From Patescibacteria group bacterium (GTDB lineage Bacteria; Patescibacteriota; Patescibacteriia; UBA9934; GWF2-40-263): 64,000 nt of DNA. Position numbers and translations under genes: made by a program. This document shows positions 10,549 through 18,473 of this stretch, piece after piece. The stretch lies in NCBI GenBank assembly GCA_041661745.1, contig JBAZTR010000001.1, positions 300,306 to 364,305 of the forward strand, written 5' to 3'. Each line of letters starts with the position of its first letter. Within the stretch, counting starts at the first letter, position 1. The notes below the pieces were generated by a model. That model was not told the DNA's origin. It searched no databases and saw only the letters and a list, made by a program, of their open reading frames with translations.

Positions 10549-11208
10549 TTAACTTAATTTTTTTATAAAAATATCTACTAAAAGTTTGAAACCGCCTAAA
10601 AAGCTTTGTCCGAATTCATGATAAATAACGGTAATCGGCACCTCAACGACCCGCCAACGTTCATGAACGACCAACGAAAGAATTTCCGAAGCATGCGCCG
10701 CGCGATCTTGTCGCCAGTTTAATTTTTCACCAACAATTGCAGTAAAAGCGCGAAAGCCTGATTGAGGGTCGGTCATTTTCACTCTAAAGAAAATCCGATT
10801 AACCGCTCGGGCTATTGGCATAATCAAATTCTTTTTAGCCCATGGCAACTTAGTGGTGTTGTCTAAAAACCTCGAGCCAAAAACCACATCGGCTTTTCCT
10901 TCAACCAACGGCTTAACCACCCGAGCAATATCCTCAACTCGAAACTGTCCGTCGGCATCAAAATGAACAACGATTTCGGCACCGTTTTCAATTGACCAAT
11001 TAGTGCCGGTTCTTAAGGCCGCGCCCTGACCGCGATTTATGATATGGCGCAAAACCACGGCCCCGACTTTTTCAGCCAGCGCCGCGGTTTCATCCTTTGA
11101 ACAGTCATCAACAACCACTGTTTTATAACCAGCGTGCAGTACCTCCTCAACAACCTTAGCAATCCACCGCGCTTCATTATACGCCGGAATTACGACAAAA
11201 ATTTTCAT
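10549..11208 (-). CDS. glycosyltransferase family 2 (polyprenyl-phosphate sugar transferase, Dpm1-like)
   Basis: MKIFVVIPAYNEA...VVVDDCSKDET...RGQGAALRTG contains the GT2 DxD and QxxRW-like region. Confidence 0.75.
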   Translation of the reverse strand: MKIFVVIPAYNEARWIAKVVEEVLHAGYKTVVVDDCSKDETAALAEKVGAVVLRHIINRGQGAALRTGTNWSIENGAEIVVHFDADGQFRVEDIARVVKPLVEGKADVVFGSRFLDNTTKLPWAKKNLIMPIARAVNRIFFRVKMTDPQSGFRAFTAIVGEKLNWRQDRAAHASEILSLVVHERWRVVEVPITVIYHEFGQSFLGGFKLLVDIFIKKLS

Positions 11209-11251
11209 AAAAACCTTTAACGCCCTTCAACGCCTTAATGCCCTAACGCCC

Positions 11252-12268
11252 CTAACCCAGAGTGGTTAACAAAATTTTATTTGCCTTAATATATTCAACA
11301 GTCTTGCGCAAACCATCTTCTAAGCGAGTTAATGGCAACCAACCAAGCTCTTTAGCTTTGGTAAGCTCGGGTAAACCCAACTCGGTCAAAAAGAGCAAAC
11401 CGTCATCAAATTTTATTTGTGAAGACGAACCGACCATTTTAATTATCATCTCAGCTACTTGTGCCATTTTGATATCAAGATCGCTACCAATGTTAACCGG
11501 GCCAAATCCTTCGGGGGCTTTCATGACACGAATTAACCCGTCAACAGCATCGTTAACATGACAAAGCGAAGTGGTAAAATCTTCACGGCCGTAAATTATC
11601 AAATCTTTATTGTCCAGGGCGTTTAAAATAAAATCCGGAATTAACTGAGCGTCAAACAACGGCATGCGCGGACCGTAAATGCGAAAGACCCGAGCGATTT
11701 TTGTATCCAAGCCGTGGACCTGACGGTAGGTTTCAAACATGGTTTCGGAGAAGCGTCGGCCTTCGTCGTAGCAACCGCGTGGCGTTAAATGCGAGACACA
11801 GCCGGTGTCTTCCTCACGAAAAATTTTGTGATCCTCGGTCCGTGATCCGTAAACAACCGAACTCGAGGCCAATAAAACTTTAGCGCGATATTTTACCGCG
11901 GCTTCTAAAACATAATAGTTACCGAGCGAATTGGACAACAAGGTTTGAATTTTAAATTGATCAAAATTTTTGATCGACATGGGACAGGCCAAATGATAAA
12001 TTTCCTGCACCCCTTGAAAAGGAATTTTAAAAGCCGCCAATTCTTTAAACGATTCCAAATTAAAAGGTTGATTAATATCCAACCGTAAAAATTGAAAATC
12101 AGGATTAGCTAATAATCCTTCAATGTTGCGTGGATGCGAGGTAGCAAAGTTATCGACGCAAATAACATGATTGTTTTCGTGCAACAAATGTTCACACAAA
12201 TGCGAACCGATAAACCCGGCTCCACCGGTTACTAAAATATTTTTTTTACCGGAAATATATTCACTCAT
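11252..12268 (-). CDS. NAD-dependent sugar-nucleotide epimerase/dehydratase, most similar to UDP-glucuronate decarboxylase (UXS)
   Basis: ILVTGGAGFIGSHLCEHLL...VDNFATSHPRNI...YxxxK, an extended SDR fold with the UXS-like VDNF motif. Confidence 0.65.
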   Translation of the reverse strand: MSEYISGKKNILVTGGAGFIGSHLCEHLLHENNHVICVDNFATSHPRNIEGLLANPDFQFLRLDINQPFNLESFKELAAFKIPFQGVQEIYHLACPMSIKNFDQFKIQTLLSNSLGNYYVLEAAVKYRAKVLLASSSVVYGSRTEDHKIFREEDTGCVSHLTPRGCYDEGRRFSETMFETYRQVHGLDTKIARVFRIYGPRMPLFDAQLIPDFILNALDNKDLIIYGREDFTTSLCHVNDAVDGLIRVMKAPEGFGPVNIGSDLDIKMAQVAEMIIKMVGSSSQIKFDDGLLFLTELGLPELTKAKELGWLPLTRLEDGLRKTVEYIKANKILLTTLG

Positions 12269-12280
12269 AGTTTTTTAGGT

Positions 12281-12356
12281 GTGAGTATGTAGTAGGTAGT
12301 ATGTAGGCAATAGTTCTAATTGGATCTTTTGCCTACCTACTACATACTACCTACTA
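12281..12356. repeat. intergenic hairpin repeat, 'tacctac' family, copy 1
   Basis: gtagtaggtagtatgtaggcaa...ttgcctacctactacatactacctac forms a long imperfect inverted repeat. Related copies are at 52641-52720 and 53981-54090. Confidence 0.6.
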
Positions 12357-12370
12357 AATACCTTTAATTT

Positions 12371-14392
12371 TTACCACCCCGCTACAAATATACCATCATT
12401 AAGCGAATCAGAAAATGGAAAGAAACCACCAATAGTTGTACCCGAGGCGTTAAAAACACGTAAATGCGGCCCACCACCCGGTCCGGCCGCTGTGTAAATT
12501 TCCGCCGAACCGTTATCGTCTAAATCAGCAACCGCCACCCTAACACCGCCGCGAAAAAACTCATCGTAAGCGAAAAATGACGCCATAACCGTTCCATCAG
12601 CCTCAAAAGCTCGCACATGCGGCCCACCACCGTAATCAGTGCCGGTAACTATTTCGTCAACCCCGTCGCTATCCAAATCACCGGCTTCAACATAAATTCC
12701 TTTGTCGTAAGTTGTAGCATAGGCTTCAAAAGATTTTATAAAAGTGCCGGTGCCGCTAAAAATCGAAACTGTCGGCTGATGTCCGGATCCGGTCCCGACA
12801 ATAATTTCGTCCGTGCCATCATTGTTTGTATCACCGGCGGCCACGCGTAAACTAAGCGGTGTCACACCAAAAGGTTTAATAAAACCATTTTGTTCACCAT
12901 TCATTTCAAACCAGCGGACTTCCCCATTACCGCCCTTGTCCGGCGCAGTTAAAATTTCGCCAACGCCATCACCGTCAGTGTCGCCAACCCCAACAAAAAT
13001 TCCATGAGTATCACTGGTGCTATAAGCAAAAAATTGTTTAATCAGTGTTCCGTCGGTTTCAAACACTCTAACCTGCGGCCCGCCGCCCGGCCCCGGACCA
13101 GTAACAATTTCATCCACTCCATCACCATCGACATCGCCCATAGCCAAACGAACGCCGCCACCAAAATTTTCGTCATAGGCATAAAACTCGGTTTGTCGAT
13201 TGCCATGCGCGTCAAAAATTCTAACTAGCGACGAATCACCAGCTGGCGCGGTGGCTAAAAAACCGCTAGAAACTTTTGAGATGCTTGAAGCGCCGGCCGA
13301 CGAAGCAAAACTAGCTCCCAATTCAATCGCTTTGGAAATATTCAATCGTCCCGCCCCCAATTGGCCAACAGCTATAGTTCCCTTTTCTTTTAATGGATCG
13401 ACAGATAACTGAAGAACCAGCTTTACTTCGTCAGGGGTGATTCCCGGATAGGCAGCTCGCAGTAAAGCTGCAGCACCAGAAATCATTGGCGCGGCCAACG
13501 AGGTGCCGTCCCAGTTGCCGCCGTAATAATCAGTAAATTCAAGACTGGTATCGTCTTGTAAAAGTGTACTAAAAATATCCACACCGGGCGCGGAAATATC
13601 GGCACAACTAGAGCCGTAATTAGAAAAAGAGGCGCGTTCATCAGACATGTCCGAAGCGGCCACGCCAATAACATAGTCGATCAAACCATCTTGGCTCGCA
13701 AAACAAGCAGGATAAATCGGTATGTCATTAACACTTTCACTTTCGTTACCCAAAGCGGCCACCATAATCACTCCAGCTTCATGGGCTGTTTTAGCCGCAC
13801 TCAAAAAAGAAGAATCAAAAGTTGTGCCGGTTAAACTAAAATTAATAACATCGGCTCCGTTGGCCACCGCGTATTCAACGGCCGCGGTAGCGTTGCGCGA
13901 ATCACCCGAACCAAAACGATCAAGAATACGTACTGGCATTAATTTTATTTTCCAATTTAGTCCGGCAATGCCTTCATCGTTATCAGTTTGTGCCCCAATA
14001 ATGCCGGCCACAAAAGTTCCGTGCAAAATTGCATCAGCGTCAAAAGACTCGGTTGTGTATTCCGGTTCAACCGTGGCATCGTTACGAACAAAATCCCACC
14101 CCTCGACATCATCAATGTAACCGTTATGATCATTATCAATTCCGTCATCGGCAATTTCGTCGGTATTTTGCCAAAAATGACCAACCAAATCGGGGTGATC
14201 GGTATCAATACCAGTATCTAAAATTGCGACCACCACGTCATCAGAACCAGTTGTGGTATTCCACGCCGTGAAAGCGTCAATTTGTCCAAGGTACCATTGC
14301 TTATCCAGATATAAATCATCGGGTGTTTCGGCCAAAACCGGGGTCGCTGTGAAAAAAAAGATAAAGAGAAAAATAAAAAATTTCTTTTGCAT
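12371..14392 (-). CDS. secreted subtilisin-like serine peptidase (S8) fused to C-terminal FG-GAP/VCBS-like beta-propeller repeats
   Basis: Signal peptide; catalytic triad VAILDTGID (Asp), HGTFVAGIIGA (His) and GTSLAAPMISG (Ser). Then about six GDxDGDGxxEIVTGxGxGGGPxVRVF repeats. Confidence 0.8.
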   Translation of the reverse strand: MQKKFFIFLFIFFFTATPVLAETPDDLYLDKQWYLGQIDAFTAWNTTTGSDDVVVAILDTGIDTDHPDLVGHFWQNTDEIADDGIDNDHNGYIDDVEGWDFVRNDATVEPEYTTESFDADAILHGTFVAGIIGAQTDNDEGIAGLNWKIKLMPVRILDRFGSGDSRNATAAVEYAVANGADVINFSLTGTTFDSSFLSAAKTAHEAGVIMVAALGNESESVNDIPIYPACFASQDGLIDYVIGVAASDMSDERASFSNYGSSCADISAPGVDIFSTLLQDDTSLEFTDYYGGNWDGTSLAAPMISGAAALLRAAYPGITPDEVKLVLQLSVDPLKEKGTIAVGQLGAGRLNISKAIELGASFASSAGASSISKVSSGFLATAPAGDSSLVRIFDAHGNRQTEFYAYDENFGGGVRLAMGDVDGDGVDEIVTGPGPGGGPQVRVFETDGTLIKQFFAYSTSDTHGIFVGVGDTDGDGVGEILTAPDKGGNGEVRWFEMNGEQNGFIKPFGVTPLSLRVAAGDTNNDGTDEIIVGTGSGHQPTVSIFSGTGTFIKSFEAYATTYDKGIYVEAGDLDSDGVDEIVTGTDYGGGPHVRAFEADGTVMASFFAYDEFFRGGVRVAVADLDDNGSAEIYTAAGPGGGPHLRVFNASGTTIGGFFPFSDSLNDGIFVAGW

Positions 14393-14417
14393 AACCTAAA
14401 CACAAAAACGGAAAAAA

Positions 14418-15122
14418 TTATTCCGCCATTTTACTCCGAACTTCGGCGATTTTTTCGTTAATCGTCTCGTCATCAGGTGATAATTGTTTTACAACTTTGT
14501 AGTGTGACAAAGCACGATCGTATTGCTCATTATCAGCATACCAATCACCAAGCCGACGAACCAGACCAGGGGTTTGGCCAAGATTGGCAATAGCTTCCTC
14601 AAGAATACTTTGAATTTCTTTTTGACGATCTGGAAATTTATTGTAAATAAGATCAACTAGTTTTAAATAGGTTACTTCCCATGGGTTAACCGAAATAGCC
14701 GCTCGCCAACGGAGCTCGGCTCCTTCGTAATCTTGCATTTCAAACAAAGTTTGACCTAAATTTTCTAAAGCCGCGCCGTCAGCCGGATGATCGGCCAAAA
14801 TTTTTGTTTCGTAAATTTCTTTAGCCGCCGCCAAATCGCCCAATTGGTATTTCATGTTTCCCAAAGTAAGCCATTGAGAAATATCCTTAGCAAGTTCGGA
14901 ATCGGTCGCTAATTTATTTTCCAATTCAGAAATTTTTTGTTCCAAAGTGGCTTTATCACCTTCATTAAAACCACGGTCAATATAATACAAAAAATTATCC
15001 TCAGGCGAAACGATTATTTCGTTATTAAACAGGCCTAGTTTCCACGATAATCCGGAAACGGCCAAAACTAACACGGCAATAATAAAAATCACTCCTTTTA
15101 TTGTAATTTTTGGTAGTTTCAT
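14418..15122 (-). CDS. membrane-anchored TPR-repeat protein
   Basis: Real start MKLPKITIKGVIFIIAVLVL (ATG at 15120-15122); TPR-like helical repeats (GNMKYQLGDLAAAKEIYE..., ALSHYKVVKQL). The ORF-track 5' extension into the high-GC island is spurious. Confidence 0.6.
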   Translation of the reverse strand: MKLPKITIKGVIFIIAVLVLAVSGLSWKLGLFNNEIIVSPEDNFLYYIDRGFNEGDKATLEQKISELENKLATDSELAKDISQWLTLGNMKYQLGDLAAAKEIYETKILADHPADGAALENLGQTLFEMQDYEGAELRWRAAISVNPWEVTYLKLVDLIYNKFPDRQKEIQSILEEAIANLGQTPGLVRRLGDWYADNEQYDRALSHYKVVKQLSPDDETINEKIAEVRSKMAE

Positions 15123-15202
15123 AGTGGTAAAAGTATAACTAAAAACCGTAATTTTCGCAAGAAAAAAATCCCCAGGGCCGAAGCCAAGGGGAAAGCGCCC
15201 CG

Positions 15203-18160
15203 TTAGGGGCAGGAAAGGTCGGTGCCGTTGTCGTAGACGTACGGCTCCCACCTCACGTAGCGACAGCCGTCCCACGCGGTGCTGTTGTACGTACAGCACT
15301 CGGAGTACGTCGAACAGTACGCGGTGAAGGACGGGATCTTCCAGTCGGCACAGTCGGTCGTTCCGACCGGATCGAGTGGATTGGACGCCGAGAGTGTCGA
15401 CACCAGACGGAACGACCCGGCCCCGGTGGCAAAGTCGTCCGTGGTGACGCACCACGAATCCATGACTCCGTCGTCGTCGACATCGCCGTTCAGGGCCCGG
15501 GTATCGACGAGGGCGGTGTACGGCGTGCCAAACTGGAGGTAGGTCGAGGCTTCGCTGTACGGCGAGGCCAGAACCAGGAAACCGGGCACGCAGGCATCGA
15601 TGCCTCCGTCGCCGTCGGCATCGATGAGGTCAACGAGGTCTTCACTGTTCAAGATCCCGTCGGAATCCACGTCCTCGCAATCCCAGATGTCGTCGGCCGT
15701 ACCGCTGCAGTCTTCGTCAATTCCGTCGCAGGTCTCGGTGGCGCCGGGGTAGACGGCTGCGTCGGCGTCATCGCAATCGGTGTTGTCTGCGATGTAGCCC
15801 GTGGGCTGATCGCAGGCATCCTGAGACATAGCACTGCTGCCGTACCCGTCCTCGTCCGCGTCCGCGTACCAGGTGGTGGCGTCGAGAGCATCGGCTTCGT
15901 CAGTGGTACCGTCGCAGTCCTCGTCGACTCCGTCGCAGGTTTCGGTGGCGCCGGGATAGACGGCTGCGTCGGTGTCGTCGCAGTCGTCGTCGTTCAGGAC
16001 GTAATCGTCCGGCTTGCTATCGGGGCAGCCGGAGGCTTGGGTTCCTTCGGGATCACCGTAGCTATCGCTGTCTTCGTCGGGCCAGCCGACGTAGTAGGTG
16101 AAGCCTTCATCAGTCGCGCCGTCACAGTTGTTGTCGAGGCTGTCACAGATCTCCTCAGCGCCGGGGTTGATCTCGGCGTCGGTATCGTCGCAGTCGGAGT
16201 CGTCCTCGACGTAACCCGAGAGCACAGTGCAGGCCTCGACCGAAATCGAAGCGTCACCGTAGCCATCGGAATCAGTGTCGGGAGACTGGGTGATCAGCAG
16301 GTCGTTGTCGATCACACCATCACAGTCCTCGTCGACTCCATCGCAAGTCTCGGTAGCGCCCGGGTAGATACTGGCATCGCCGTCATTGCAGTCGTCGCAG
16401 GCAGCCGAACCGTCGCTGTCTGCATCAGCCCAACCAGTCGAGCCGTCGCAGTTGTAGTCGGCCGGGTCGGAGCAGTTGGACTCATCGGCTCCGGGATGGT
16501 AGGCCGCATCGGTGTCGTCACAGTCGTCGTCGTTCGTGACGTAACCCTCGAGTACAGCGCAATCCTCGGTCGAAACCAAGGGGTCGCCGTAGCCGTCGGA
16601 GTCAGCGTCGCGATACTGAGTGACCATCAAGCCATCGTCGGCCGTGCCGTCGCAGTCCTGATCCACACCATCGCAGACCTCGACCTCGTCGGGGTTGATG
16701 GCGGCGTTCGTGTCGTCGCAGTCAGTTGCGTCCGTGACATAGCCATCGAGTACAGCACAGTCCTCGGTCGAAACCAAGGCGTTGCCGTGTCCATCGCCGT
16801 CAAGATCCTGGTACTGAGGAATGGTGGCGATACCATCATCGGCCGTGCCATCGCAGTCCTGATCCAGGTCGTCACAGACTTCGGCCGCGCCGGGATTGAT
16901 GGTGGCGTCGAGGTCGTCGCAGTCGGTCGCGTCCTCGACGTAACCAGTGGGCTGGTCGCAGGCGTCCTGGGACACGGTACTGTCGCCGTATCCGTCACCA
17001 TCGACATCGACGTACCAGGTGGTGGCGTCGAGAGAGTCGGCTTCGTCGGTGGTACCGTCGCAGTCGTTGTCGACCAGGTCGCAGTACTCATCGGCGTCCG
17101 GGTTGATGGTGGCGTCGGTGTCGTCACAGTCGGTCGCGTCCGTAACGTAGCCTGTGAGGGCCTCGCAGTCCTCGATAGACATCGCGGCGTCGCCGAAGCC
17201 ATCACCGTCGGAGTCCTGGAACTGGATGATGGTGACGAGACCATCGTCGGCCGTGCCGTCGCAGTCCTGATCCACACCATCGCAGACCTCGACCTCGTCG
17301 GGGTTGATGGCGGCGTTCGTGTCGTCGCAGTCAGTTGCGTCCGTGACATAGCCATCGAGTACAGCACAGTCCTCGGTCGAAACCAAGGCGTTGCCGTGTC
17401 CATCGCCGTCAAGATCCTGGTACTGAGGAATGGTGGCGATACCATCATCGGCCGTGCCATCGCAGTCCTGATCCAGGTCGTCACAGACTTCGGCCGCGCC
17501 GGGATTGATGGTGGCGTCGAGGTCGTCGCAATCCTCACAAGCCGCCCAACCGTCGGTGTCAGCGTCAGTGAGGGCAGAAGAACCATCGCAGTTGTAGTCG
17601 TTCGGATCCGTGCAGTCGTCCTCGGTGGCGCCGGGGTGGTAGGCCGGGTCCGAGTCATCGCAGTCAGTATCGTCCTCGATGAAGCCCGGGGGCTGGTCAC
17701 AAGCAACCTCGTAGACATCGGGGTCGCCGTAACCGTCCTCGTCGCCATCGAAGAACCAGATGGGCGCATCGATCGCGTCCGCCTCGTCGGTCGTGCCGTC
17801 GCAGTCGTTGTCGACCAGATCGCAGTACTCAGCGGCATCCGGGTTGATGGTGGCGTCCTCATCGTTGCAGTCGCCTTCCTCAACCGTCCATCCGTCGTCG
17901 TCCACGTCGACCGGATCGATCCCGGTATCGCCGGTATCGGTATCCGTGTCCGTGTCGGTGTCGGAATCGGTGTCCGCATCCGTATCGGTATCCGTGTCAG
18001 AGTCGGTATCGACATCGGTATCCGTGTCGGAATCCGAATCAGTGTCAGTGTCCGAGTCGATGTCGGTGTCAACTACCGGATCCCCAGTGTCGACTCCGGG
18101 CCACGGCGGCAGACAGCCGGCCATGAAAAGCGCCAAGAAAGCGGCCAGAATGAAACGCAT
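15203..18160 (-). CDS. high-GC lipoprotein built from at least 12 MopE-type (Pfam PF11617-like) Cys/Asp-rich putative metal/Ca-binding repeats
   Basis: Lipobox signal MRFILAAFLALFMAGC, then a DTDSDTDTD linker, then repeats of CDDxDAxINPxAxExCDxxDxDCDGxxDE. GC3 is about 90% against the low-GC flanks. Promoter TTGCCA-N17-TTTAAT and RBS GAGGGA lie upstream. Confidence 0.7.
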   Translation of the reverse strand: MRFILAAFLALFMAGCLPPWPGVDTGDPVVDTDIDSDTDTDSDSDTDTDVDTDSDTDTDTDADTDSDTDTDTDTDTGDTGIDPVDVDDDGWTVEEGDCNDEDATINPDAAEYCDLVDNDCDGTTDEADAIDAPIWFFDGDEDGYGDPDVYEVACDQPPGFIEDDTDCDDSDPAYHPGATEDDCTDPNDYNCDGSSALTDADTDGWAACEDCDDLDATINPGAAEVCDDLDQDCDGTADDGIATIPQYQDLDGDGHGNALVSTEDCAVLDGYVTDATDCDDTNAAINPDEVEVCDGVDQDCDGTADDGLVTIIQFQDSDGDGFGDAAMSIEDCEALTGYVTDATDCDDTDATINPDADEYCDLVDNDCDGTTDEADSLDATTWYVDVDGDGYGDSTVSQDACDQPTGYVEDATDCDDLDATINPGAAEVCDDLDQDCDGTADDGIATIPQYQDLDGDGHGNALVSTEDCAVLDGYVTDATDCDDTNAAINPDEVEVCDGVDQDCDGTADDGLMVTQYRDADSDGYGDPLVSTEDCAVLEGYVTNDDDCDDTDAAYHPGADESNCSDPADYNCDGSTGWADADSDGSAACDDCNDGDASIYPGATETCDGVDEDCDGVIDNDLLITQSPDTDSDGYGDASISVEACTVLSGYVEDDSDCDDTDAEINPGAEEICDSLDNNCDGATDEGFTYYVGWPDEDSDSYGDPEGTQASGCPDSKPDDYVLNDDDCDDTDAAVYPGATETCDGVDEDCDGTTDEADALDATTWYADADEDGYGSSAMSQDACDQPTGYIADNTDCDDADAAVYPGATETCDGIDEDCSGTADDIWDCEDVDSDGILNSEDLVDLIDADGDGGIDACVPGFLVLASPYSEASTYLQFGTPYTALVDTRALNGDVDDDGVMDSWCVTTDDFATGAGSFRLVSTLSASNPLDPVGTTDCADWKIPSFTAYCSTYSECCTYNSTAWDGCRYVRWEPYVYDNGTDLSCP
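16627..16920. repeat. intragenic near-exact direct duplication, ~295 bp, copy 1 (copy 2 at ~17225-17520)
   Basis: The stretch catcgtcggccgtgccgtcgcagtcctgatccacaccatcgcagacctcgacctcgtcggggttgatggcggcgttcgtgtcgtcgcagtcagttgcg... recurs about 600 bp later. It encodes two identical MopE double-repeat blocks. Confidence 0.7.
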
Positions 18161-18267
18161 GTGTGTATCCCTCGCAGTCGATTGTTTCGGTTTTTTTGGG
18201 TGTTTATCATGTTAAAGAACAGCTGATAATTAAAGCATAAAACAACGGGGGTGGCAAGTCTACCCAT

Positions 18268-18310
18268 CAAAACCAAAAGCACAGCCCGAAAGCTGTGCCT
18301 TTGTTTCTTA
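18268..18310. terminator. bidirectional intrinsic terminator (gcacagcccgaaagctgtgc hairpin flanked by A/T runs) ending the giant surface-protein gene
   Basis: Perfect 7-bp stem at 18279-18298, followed on the minus strand by UUUUGGUUUUG. Confidence 0.6.
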
Positions 18311-18473
18311 TAAGTCGTCTTGTGTTGCGATGGTTTCACTAAATCACAAGGATAAAGCGAAGAGTCGCAACGAAATTTTACGGGACTACCCGCAGGCAGG
18401 TGGGGCCGAGCGAACTCGGCCCCACCGCCCTCCATTGATTTACTCAATAGATTTTTTCGGACTTTGGCTACGA

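Noticed and set aside
15123-15455. 5' extension of the TPR-protein ORF into the island-1 GC-rich sequence (and the 27-aa extension MPQPMHHT... of the giant surface protein)
   Set aside because: The extensions cross a compositional boundary and precede obvious signal-peptide/TM starts (MKLPKITIKG..., MKNAFKKAF...). Internal ATGs fit better.
18071-18100. Adjacent GGATCC (BamHI) and GTCGAC (SalI) sites at the 5' end of the island-1 gene, and ATGTCGAC at the 55034 start
   Set aside because: Six-cutter sites are expected by chance in ~65% GC DNA. On their own they are not evidence of cloning or engineering, and I do not treat them as such.
16037-18226. 729-aa plus-strand ORF (and similar long plus-strand ORFs at 32582-34291, 34582-35604, 35887-36753, 36853-38502) antisense to the high-GC island genes
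   Set aside because: They translate to low-complexity Val/Gly/Ala/Arg-rich sequence typical of antisense frames of GC3-saturated genes. They have no RBS, signal or motif. The minus-strand frames carry clear lipoboxes and Cys-rich repeat motifs.
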